Positions 53,259 through 64,000 of a stretch of DNA of 64,000 nucleotides are shown here, piece by piece. Source of the stretch: Adineta vaga (Eukaryota; Animalia; Rotifera). Each line of letters begins with the position of its first letter. Position 1 is the stretch's first letter. Where the stretch lies: positions 7,316,001 to 7,380,000 of the forward strand of contig CP075494.1 in the NCBI GenBank assembly GCA_021613535.1. Direction: 5' to 3'. Position numbers and translations under genes: made by a program. The notes beneath the pieces are model-generated. The model saw only the letters and a list, made by a program, of their open reading frames with translations. It did no database searches and was not told the DNA's origin.

Positions 53259-55405
53259 TCATGTATTAATTGCTTCATCTTTATGATCAACTCGGTTCCA
53301 TGGTTGTTCTTCACCATTAAATAAAATACAATAAGCTAAACAACCAAAAGCACCAATACCAGCTGAAATATTGAAAATCAATCGCCAAGCAGCAATTGTT
53401 TGCTATAAATAAAGACTTTTTATTAGAAAAGAAAAAGAGATGAATCGTACATTATTATTTGTAATAGCACCAACGACATATGGACCAACAAAACCAGGTA
53501 TGGTTGCTAACATATTTGTGATTCCAACAAGTGTTCCTAAGATAGAACAGTAACTTTTCTATTTGATTCATTAGTTCTATTCTTACCAGCATAATTTGAT
53601 GCAATATCTAAATGAGAAATAATTGGTCCACACGTTTGAAAACCAAGAAAACCAACAGCAAGAATACAACAAATAACAGCAGTAGTATGATCACAACCCA
53701 TGTAACCAATAGCTACGAGAAATGCACATGTACCAAGTGTGCCTAGATAATAAAACTTTTAATTTTTCTGTTTTCATGCAAGAAGATTTTACCAATGATA
53801 GCTTGTGCTTTTCGAAGTACTGTAATAGAAAGTATTTTTCGTGCACGAATACGATCAACCATTTGACCAACGATAATAATCGTGATAAATTGAGCGGCAT
53901 AAGGCAAAGCAAAAATAAATCCATTCTGAAAAACTTCACGTTCTATTCAACAATTATTAGTAATTCAAGAAAAATCAAACCTGATGTAAATTAAAATTAA
54001 GTATAGTTGCAAAATACGTTGGTAATGATGTTAATAAAGTATAATATATGAAATTAAAACACACATGATTGATAGCAATACCATAAAGTGATGGACAACA
54101 TGCCATTGCTTTCCATGGTGTATATCGATGCTTTGGATATAGATGATATATTAGAATTATCCTTCGTTTCATATGATTGTACACGTACTTTAGGTGGATT
54201 TGATATAATCTCTTTATTGAGAAAGTTGAGTTCTTTTTTCGATATTCGTGGATGTACATTAGGAGAATTAAAACCAAAAAAACACCAACCAATAAACCAT
54301 ATACATGATATTGCGCCTAATTATAAGAAACGAAGTATTCATTTGATTGTATCGATTTGCTATCTTACCAAAAACATAAAATGCTGATGGCCATCCACCA
54401 AGAAAACCATCTTCCACCATTATACTCACTAATGGTGTAGTAAAGATTATACCAATACTTGTACCAGTTTGTGCTGCAGGTGGAACAGTACTACGTTCTG
54501 CTGCTGGAATCTTTTTTTTGTAATCACAAAAGAAATCACATATGAAAATAATTTTCATTGAATATTTTTTACCCATTTGCCCCAGAGAGCTGCTGCTGAA
54601 GGAAATGCTGGTCCAGAAGCCATGCCAATCAACACTCTAATAGCGATAAGTAGACGATAGTCAACACGTGCTGCTACTGGTGTTAAAAGTGTCAGAATAC
54701 TACTGATGAAAATACTTCCACCAAAAATCCATTTTGCACCAAATCTTTCGGCTAACATACCTCCTATTCTATAAAAAAAAATTCACAAAATTATATATCG
54801 ATGAGAAAATGTATTTGTACTTAGCCTTACATTTGAGTGACAATGTAACCATAGAAAAAAGCACCAAGAACAAGTCCTTGTTTTGATGGCTCCCAATCGA
54901 ATTCATATGTCTATCAATCGGAAAAAAAACATATAATCAAAAATACTACATCGAATTATTCTTACAGGTGGAGGTTTTGTTGAATTTTCGTGTACTACTG
55001 GGCATGCTTGAACTGATTGATTTAAAGCACTCTGTGGAGCTACCTAGAAGAAATATCAATGACAATAGTACTTCGAATGATTCATCTATTTACCATGGCA
55101 ACAATAGCAACAGATAAGTTAACTCGCATTGAATATAAACAAAAGAAACCAAAGAAAGCCCATATAGCAAGAGTATAACGTTTAGGTACGTTTGAACATG
55201 GTAAAAAACTTGTTGAAAGTGGTTCAACCTTGTTTATATCTAATAAAGGTTCTGTCTCTCTTTCTCTATCGTCAATTGTATTGATTCCAACCATTGAATC
55301 TTCAGATGGATTCACAACAGCACTGGATGATTCATTGTAAATTAATGGTTCTTGTTCACCATCAGATTCATATGACAGATTGCCATTTAATTGTCTCGCA
55401 CGCAT
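53259..55405 (-). CDS. SLC17A5: SLC17 family anion transporter, sialin-like, multi-exon
   Basis: LYSMRVNLSVAIVAM, QGLVLGAFFYGYIVTQ, GGMLAERFGAK, GGWPSAFYVFG, LLTSLPTYF, SHLDIASNYAG; N-terminal EQEPLI and ETEPLL dileucine motifs. The family is secure; exact orthology is not. Confidence 0.85.
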
Positions 55406-55579
55406 CAAAATTCAAAATTTAGCAGACTAACGATGATAAAATCAAGATAAACGAACGTGTACTAACAAAGTGATGCAGTATCAAGCACAGAAATTAAAAA
55501 CAGAGATAAAATGCACCTTGCGCTCCTTCAGTAAATAGTTTGACTTATATGTTTGTTTCTTGTAGTAACTGTAGTCTTA

Positions 55580-55586
55580 CACGTGA
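55580..55586 (-). promoter_or_regulatory. CLEAR-like E-box TCACGTG upstream of the SLC17 gene
   Basis: Plus strand CACGTGA, about 175 bp upstream of the ATG of a predicted lysosomal transporter. Confidence 0.35.
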
Positions 55587-57369
55587 TTTAAGTTTAACAA
55601 CAACAGTCAAAACTTATTTTCTAATTATTTCTATTTTGACGTTTATCAAGTTCTGCTTCTTATAGAATCACCAAATTTGATTTCTGATCTTATCGAAAGA
55701 GCATATGTCATCTATGTATGTCTTGTTGTATTATTCGTGTTCTCTCATTCTAATGAATAACTCGAAATGATTTTTGTTCATATTTTATTTAAAGTAAATG
55801 CAAAGCAAAAAAATGAGTTTAGTTATATTTTACAAAATACAAATGGTAACAATCAATTAATCAAGATTACCATCGACGATATCCATATCCATTACCATAA
55901 CTAGAATAGTATGGGTAACCTCTGGTCATCTGGCCTCTTGTTGGATTTGGATTTCCACCGAGATAATTATCTAATTGACGACCTAATGGGCCTAAAGAAG
56001 AAGATTTTTCAATCACATCGGAATATTTATATCATTTAAAATCTACTTACTGTTTAATCCGCCGGGAACATGTGTTTGAATCCACATATCTGATGCAATT
56101 TCTCTTTGCATTGCTTGATTTGCACCGTAACCACCCCACATATTTTAATAGTAGTATATAGTATATAAGAGATTGTTTAGAATAAAAATGAATATGAATC
56201 GATTTCGAAAAACTACTGTATTTATAGGAAGCAAGAATTATGTGTTCGTCATAGAAATATTCATACGACAAGGACAAAATCAAAAATAAATCATGCATTA
56301 TACATGCTTATGTACACTTTGACGTCACACAAATACGTCATATATATTGATCGATGAGTACAGATATGTCGTATTTAATTCACATAGATTATTGACAAAT
56401 TAGTAATACTAACTTCTAATGTATTTTCAACCATACATTACTCAACCAAATGAATAGGACAAAAATAGAATAAAAGAGATCCTCCGCAAAACTACCTTTA
56501 AATGACGCACTATAGGCTAAATTTAATTTGATCAGATTATTGATGCGCAAGCTTGTTTAGTTATCTCATCATTACCAATCCATCAAAAAAGATTTGTAAA
56601 AGAAATTTTTCTTGGTTTTTCTCTTCGTTTACAGTTCAAGATTTATACCATATTGATAACAGAAAAATTTAACAAATTGCATAAAGAAGTGTCTATCGAT
56701 AAAAATTCCGATTTCTTCTTCGTTTTATATTTGATGTACTGTATTCAAGGTATTCAAGCAATAAAGTTGTATCGCATTGGTCGATTCACATTCTTCGTTC
56801 ATAATACAGCGACATCCGCACAAAGAAAAATGCATCCTATACCCCAATGCCTCTTTTTAAATAAAAACCAAATACATAAATCGATAGAGAAGAACATGCT
56901 CTATCTAATGGTGTTAAAACTATTTAGGGCTCTTGCCAAAAATATATTGACCAATCAGAAGCGACTTCCTATTGTTTCACTTTATTCCTTATGAATTGTC
57001 CATCCGATTAGAGTTCGAGTCTACACCATTCTTAGAAATAGAGAAGTTAAGAAAGTTTTAATGTTTTTTGCTTTATATGAATATCTATTGACCGTAACTA
57101 TAGGCAGTATTTCGAGCAGTTTTACATTTTGAACACATTCTCACGTTAATTGATACATATTAAACAGTACATAATATGCGAATAAAAAGCGCAGAATATA
57201 ACTAAAGTGAATTAGTACTTCTAAAACGTTTGGAAGAAATCTGATATTTATTTATTTATTTATATATTTGCTATCATTATTTTATAATGATTATTTATAT
57301 CTACTTTCTATTCACTAATGACAAGTAAAATTCCGCTTTTTAGATTTAATTGTCAGTCGATTAAATGAC

Positions 57370-58601
57370 ATGGCATCAACAACAGAAAAACTTACAAATA
57401 TCAATGAAGATAATTTAGGTGAGATGAAAAACCAATGTGAGAATTACATAGAGAATAAATCAGATATGAGGAAAAAGTATTTCCGCTTTAGCTTTGTTCC
57501 GTAATAGTAAAGTATTCAGATTAGTTTTTTTGTCAAGATAGGTCCTCTAGCTTGATTTTGTTCTATACAATGCAAAATGAATACAACTATAGAAAAAGCA
57601 GTATAATGAAATAATATCTTCAAAAGCCCGGAAGATATGTCACCAATTATCGAATCACATTTTTGATCACTAAGAATCATTTTCTTTTACATAAATCTGA
57701 TACGATTTCACTTTTCATATATAGAGAAGAAAGATAATGATCAATTAAAGACAAAATATCTTTTATAGAATTCTCATCATTTGATATAGTTTTCAAAAAT
57801 AAAGTACAAAGCAACTTTTCTGAACGTAATGAAAAAGTAGTTTTTGTTTTTAGGTATCATATTTCGTTATTTCAATCCTTCAAATATCGAACATGAATTA
57901 AAACGAGTCAAAGCAATTTAGTTTAGCATTGACATTTGTAGAAGATTTGATTGATAACGATAATTTATGTTGTTATTTTTCACATATGTGTAATATCGGT
58001 TTAAGATTTGAAAATATCTTTCATCTGGAGAAAGCAAAAGCACTTATCGATCAAACAAGAATTTTCATAATTAAATTATGTAACACAATCCAGTTTACAA
58101 TTGGTATTTTGCCAAATGAATATTCAACGTTCCATGGTGATCCATACACAGTGAATGGTTATGTTGATTATATTATGTTTGATCAAACATTAATCAATGG
58201 TTGTTTTGGAAGTAAAACAGATTTTAATGCTCAATTTCATATGGAAATTTTCTTTTTTTTGTAAAAATTATTCATGAATTAAGTCATGCATTGACATTTC
58301 ATTGTGCTCGGATGTATTTAACAAGGAAAAGGATGTGAACATTAAATTTCAAACACCAAAAACACATTGTTTACAAGGTGAATCTGGTGAAAGTATCGAA
58401 CGTTTCTTATTTGGATCTGTAATTGATGGATTTGGTCAAAAAAACAATGGAAAATACGTCATTCAATATTTAATCTTATCAGATGGAAGAGTATCAGATG
58501 TTATTGATGAAAATTGGATTAAATCATTTATTGATAATGCATTGAATTCACGAAACATAAGAAACATGAAACATTTATGCCTATACCATTTAACTATTTA
58601 A
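57370..58601 (+). pseudogene. Pseudogene of an HExxH zincin-like metallopeptidase-domain protein
   Basis: VKIIHELSHA (HELSH at 58273-87) lies in a frame bridging two track ORFs, followed after another shift by FQTPKTH..GESGESIERFLFGSVI; frameshifts in the T-run at 58253-60 and near 58310-58330, plus upstream stops. Confidence 0.55.
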
Positions 58602-60230
58602 CAAAAAGTTTGAAAAGAAAACTTAAGTGTCAACCAAAAATCGTTCAGAAAAAGAAAAAATCTTCGAAATTAAGAGAAATTAATTTGGACTCGAGCGACG
58701 ATGATGATTATAATTTAGTTACAACGATTTTCAAATCATAATGAAATGTATATTTCTCCTCTTATTGTATGTATATACAGACTGTTAGTTTTTTCAATTC
58801 TATTCATTTTTTTTCTCTTTTCAAAATGTCTGATAATCTTTAACAGAAATAAATTTCTCATTTATTATTATTATCATTTGTCATATTCCTATAGTTTGTT
58901 TAAAAATATGAACCATTTTTAATCTTATATTTACGAATATTTTTGTAAATTATTATTTCAAAGTTTTTATTCCTTTTCAGCACATTGATTATATCGTTAG
59001 TGAAAGAATTGAAAAAGTCCTAGATTATACTCTGGATAATAAACATGTGTATAAGTTATCTGAGATCTTTGAATAATTCCTCTATCCATCTTATCATAAT
59101 ACTTAGGCAACAGGACAAATCAACTTTTATTTTGTATTGTTATGTAAATATTTAAGAGTATGATTATTTCTTTAGTTCCGATATCTATGTTATTCCATAT
59201 ATCAATAGTGAATGAAGATAAAGATAAAGATGATTATTAGATCATATTATTTGATTATAATGTAATAAAGAGAGGAAAAAAATGACATTCGATAATTTGT
59301 CTCCAAATATTGATAATACAATCTATTTTATGTTATTATAATTCGAGTATAATTTGAATGAGATTAACTATAGGATATTATAGATATATTTTCATTATGT
59401 CAAACGAATATTGTAAGCTGATTTTCTTCTGCTTAAATCTCTTGAAAATTCTCTTCAGATTCTTGAGAATAGTTTCTGCTGCTTAGAAATATTATTTACA
59501 ATGGATAATCTAGTTATTGGTATTGTAACAAAATCGCAAGAATTTTTATCATGCTCTTATCCTAAATTTCATTTCTTCCGATGATTGTGTTGTTGGTTTT
59601 TGAAAAAGTTTTCATGTTGATTATAATAATCAAAAATAAAACATCGATATGAGATTACACATGGAATATTCAAAATTTCTATCCGAGAAATATCAAAATT
59701 CAAGTAATGCAAATGTTGGATAATCGCTAGTCTATTTTCCACAAGACCATTATCAACATCAAGAGAATTGACTGATTAGTGAACAACTCAATACAATTAT
59801 TTTAATAATCAAAGAAATTACTTCATTGTAGACACCGTCGAGACTTTTAATAATAATGGAAATATGAATGTTAGTTTAATTGGAGTTAAAAAACTTCTTC
59901 AACAAATATAAATTATCTTTTGTTTTTGTTATATTCATAAAATAAAAACATTTTGATATTATCATCCTTTATTAGGAACAATCCTTCTTATGATCAGAAT
60001 CAGTATTAAATGATTTTTCATTTAAACCAAGTGAAATCAAATCTTTCTTTGACCAAACTTTGAATTGCTTGAACTTGTTAGCCAGTATAATAAAGTTATA
60101 TTGAAGCGTACTGAACAAATGATAACTCATATGATGATCAATTTCGGTCTTCCGGCAGAATAAACTTCATTAAAAACCAATTGATTCTAGTGTATTACGT
60201 GTAGCAAAGAATATTTTATCAAAAATAGTT

Positions 60231-60234
<4 letters not shown>

Positions 60235-60260
<26 letters not shown>
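60235..60260. repeat. (TA)n microsatellite
   Basis: About 13 TA units. Other short microsatellites: (GAA)n ~428-447 and ~14588-14607, (TTG)n ~29788-29808, (ATTC)n ~38603-38624, (AAAG)n ~38681-38703. Confidence 0.85.
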
Positions 60261-60265
<5 letters not shown>

Positions 60266-61919
60266 AAAACAAAATTCGAAAGAATGAATGATTAGTTTAG
60301 CACAACCAGTAAATGATTTATTGATCATTTTTGTCGGACAACAGAAAGTGGAAAACTTTGAATAAAGATGATTTTGATTAATTGTTACACTTTTGAGATA
60401 ATTATGTTTCACATCTTTACCTATGTTCTAGGTACAATCAAATTGCTATCTTGTTTCTGGACTTTTTCTTGTTTCAATAAGTTGATTAATATTAGATTGT
60501 GTTTCTTAGTGCTTTTAGTTACTGTCAAAACGTAGAAGATAAACCGTAGAACCGTTGTTCTTTAACCGTTGTAGTACCATCCACTTTTTAACAGCTTGTA
60601 AAAAATCGAATGAGCTCGACAAACGAGTCCCTTCAATCTCAAAATGGCTGTTCATCCCTTGCCCATAACCCTCGTTCCATCACTAGAGCTTCGCAGGGTG
60701 GGTGTAGATATGGAAATTTATTGTTGATTTTCTTCTCTTTTCTTTCTTCCAATATCCGTTGCTATTTAGTAAACTAATGTAGTTATATCATAATTTGATA
60801 ACAAGAAATAAAAAATAAACATATGCATGTGCAGTTTTTGAGTCTGCTGTTTGATAAAATGAAGATCGTCTTTGTCTTTTCTCTTTCCTATAATGTGAAT
60901 TTGTTGTGTAGTATTATATACTTGTAACAAAGCACATGAGTAGTTGGGAAAATTCATATTCAATAATTAATATTAACTACAGATTATTCGCTTATGACAA
61001 AATCGAGACGAACTTTCATAGAACGTATTTGTAATGGAAGAATGTATGAAAATCTGTTTTGAATGTATTCGAAAGTGCTCCCGCTAGAACTCGTATCTTT
61101 TGCATGTGTTCGCGAGCGAGACTTTTTGTTCGTGATATTGATCAATGAATTTATTCAATAAAAATGGTACGTTATCAACTCTTAATAATCTTAATAAAAG
61201 CATATTTTCTTTATAGCTTCATAACGAACAAAAAAGATACGACATAAAACAATTTCTGGTATTTACGGCTACTCTGATGATTCATCTCATCAATATCAAA
61301 TAGTGTACATTGTGATGATATTACACGTCTTGCTTCTTCCCTGAGAACTCTAATATAAATCATTTTAATTCATTTTCCATGTACGATTTTTCTGTAAAAT
61401 TAGATTTTAGGGCCCAAGTCTTATTTTTGAGATAATCATGAATGAACGCCTATTGGTCACACTAATGATAGTATTCAATGATCAGTGATGTTAACATCCA
61501 ATTGGTTGATATTCACCATTGTAGTCTCTTCGTACCTTCATTCTCGTTTGTTATCACTTCACAATGCAAAGAATCGATAAGATAAAATCTTTACAATAAC
61601 AAATAAATTTCTGCTGTAAAAAAATCTCGAAGAAATTCTCGTCTAAAATGCATACACGTGTCATATCAGTCGAAGATATCCTCTTCTCTTGTTTATATAG
61701 GATAGAGAGCTAATACTTTTTTTCTCGCCTAGTTCTTCTTCATTTTCATTCTAGAAAGTGTTCGAATAGGGCGAAATTTAACCCCAGCTGTCGTCTTTTT
61801 ATATAATTCATCGTTTTTCTTTGTTTTTAGATCGTTTACTTAAGTGTGTGTTGTGTGTGTGAGGGTGTGTATCTGCAATTTGAAAACAAAAAAAGTTACA
61901 AAACGAAGCAAAATTAATT

Positions 61920-64000
61920 ATGATTGATTGGTTAACTATCGTTATTGCATTGGCTATAATTGCAACATTAGTAGGTTTCTTTGGTTTTTTGGCATGGAAA
62001 ATAAATATGCCTGATCCATTAACAAACGATGATAATAATAATCAACATTCGGATGTAACAAATGATAAGAAGAAAAAAGAGAAGAATTTGATTGAACAAG
62101 GAAAGAAAAAACGTAAGGATCAAAAGAAATCCAAACGTGAAACTAAGGAAGAAGAACAAGTACGAACTAAAGCGAAAGGAAACACAGTACAAACAAGTGA
62201 GGAAACCGATGATGAACGTGACGAAAGTGAACAAGAATTAGTGAATGCAAAACAACAAACTGCTGAAACTTCATCGAAAGCTCGTAAACGTAATAAAAAT
62301 AAGACATCGACAACTCAAATAGAAACAAATGTTAAAAATACAACAATATCAACTCGAGCTCCACCTGTAACTCATCCAAAATCAACAACTAAAGATGAAG
62401 TTGAAACAACAAAACAACAAACAAAAGCTCAAAATAAATCATCCGTTCAGACAACAAACAACAAACCAACAACAACACCAACCACCACTGCAAACAAAAA
62501 ATCTACAGAAGTCGTAGAAGATTATGAACCATTTACAATTGTTGGTGGCAATCGACATAAATCAACAGCGCTACCATTACAGCAACAACAACAACAACAA
62601 AATAAATCTGTATGTTTAAAGATTATTTTCTCAAAATAATTTACCTACTCGCTTTTTTTCTTCCTAAAGCAAGCAACACCAACTGTGGCTCCTGTGCAAC
62701 AATCATCTCCAGCTCCAGTTCAACGTCAACAACCTACACAAAAGCAACCAACAACTCAAGTCAATACTTCCGCGACAACTTCACAACCAGTTCAGAAACA
62801 GACAACAACGCAAGTGAATCCTTCCGCAACAACTTCACAACCTTCCAAACAACAGCAGTCAACCAAAGTCACATCTACAGTTGCCGATCTCATCAAAGGT
62901 AAAATATTTTTATTTTATTCCAATTTTTAACTTTATAAATTGTTCTCTCAGTTCTTCCATCTTCCCAACTTGTCGTTACAGAATTAATGTCTGCACTTGA
63001 TGCATATCCATTATCAACTGATGAATTAGATATAATCATGCAAAAGATTGCAAATAAACAATTTCTTGTCAAACAAGATTGGAGTAAAGTAAGAAGAATA
63101 AATGAAAAGAAAACTTGATTATTCTAATATTCCTATTTTAGTTACAAATGGGTCAAAAAATTGATCCTCAAACTCATATTGGTCAAGTTTTAGATGAATC
63201 AGCTAAAGCTTATGCTGATGGTATTTATTCTTTATTGAACAAAATTTTATTCTATTTTTTTCTTCTTCTCCTCCTCCTCCTAAAGATATGAAAACCAATT
63301 CGATGAAACGTATCAAAGAATTGGCTGATGAACTTAATGCAGAAAAACGTCGTAATCATGATCTATCCAAAGAAAAAACCGAAAAAGAACGTGAAAATCA
63401 AATTCTTCATGCTCAATTAGATTCCGTTCAACATAAATCGCAATCAACACAAGCAACTTCTCAACCTCAACAACAAAAACTTCAAACACTTGAAATGCAA
63501 TTAAAGCGTTTAACTGAAGAAAACACTCATTTACAACAACAATTAACTACACCTAATACCGGAGATTCATCGAATTTGAAATTCCAATTATTAAGTGAGC
63601 AAGTGAAAAAATTATCTATGGATAATGCTAATTGGGAAAAGAAAGCTCATAGTAATGAATTATTAGCCAAAGAAGCCCAAAAAGAAAAAGACGATTTAAT
63701 TCGGTAAGAATTTTCCGTATAACTCAAACGATTGATTCAATCGAATCTTCTAACTTTTAGTTACAATGAACAATTAACTCAATCACTTCAAAATGCTGAA
63801 AAAGAATTAAAATCAATCGAAGAAAAACATCATCATCAAACAAATGAAAGACAAACATCAGATGTAAATGAACTCAAACGTCGTATTGAACAACTTGAAA
63901 CTGAAAATGAACAATTACGACGTGAAGATATTGTTCATGTTGAACCATCATCACCTACACATATTCAAACACTTACCGTAAACAATGAAGAACGTGAAGA
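61920..64000 (+). CDS. Ribosome receptor RRBP1/kinectin-like ER membrane coiled-coil protein (partial, runs off the window)
   Basis: N-terminal signal-anchor, Lys-rich KKKKEK..KKKRKDQKKSK stretch, T/Q/P-rich linker, LSTDELDIIMQKIANK motif, then a long coiled coil over several short-intron exons. Confidence 0.65.
62739..62846 (+). repeat. Coding 54-bp tandem duplication (QKQPTTQVNTSATTSQPV / QKQTTTQVNPSATTSQPS)
   Basis: Two imperfect copies starting at 62739 and 62793. Confidence 0.8.

Noticed and set aside
57008-57028. GTTCGAGTC...CCA resembling a tRNA T-loop and 3' end
   Set aside because: No proper T-stem, acceptor stem or A-box; no cloverleaf can be drawn.
59400-60720. Possible minus-strand decayed gene (initially considered LRR/NLR-like)
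   Set aside because: Only short broken frames with no recognisable motif; too weak to name.

Overview
AT-rich, gene-dense animal genomic DNA with many very short (~50-60 nt) GT-AG introns. That architecture and the gene content (NHL-repeat and ankyrin-ADP-ribosyltransferase genes) suggest a bdelloid rotifer; this is an inference. Intact genes in order: PACSIN/syndapin, SMG8, C19orf53-like, an ER-retained JmjC/cupin protein, a secreted 11-mer-repeat helical protein, a class A GPCR, SGSM (RUN+TBC), TPST, CHPF, actin, HMG-CoA reductase, an NHL-repeat protein, a sialin-like SLC17 transporter, and a 3'-truncated RRBP1/kinectin-like gene. Three decaying accessory islands lie between them. The ~20-25 kb island holds a Tie-like EGF pseudogene, a truncated coiled-coil gene and CCCAGGTC-ended MITEs. 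The ~39-43 kb island holds a frameshifted ankyrin-ART gene, a casein kinase 1 pseudogene and a hAT-like MITE. The ~57-61 kb island holds an HExxH peptidase-like pseudogene. Best leads: (1) a possible operon or polycistronic unit PACSIN-SMG8-C19orf53; (2) an ER-luminal JmjC protein with a rewired Q-x-H...H metal site behind a perfect UPR element; (3) a hidden alternative last exon of PACSIN; (4) a LEA/apolipoprotein-like secreted protein; (5) promoter motifs that match the function of the gene they precede (SRE-HMGCR, CArG-actin, CLEAR-like-SLC17). All coordinates were read by eye and no searches were run.
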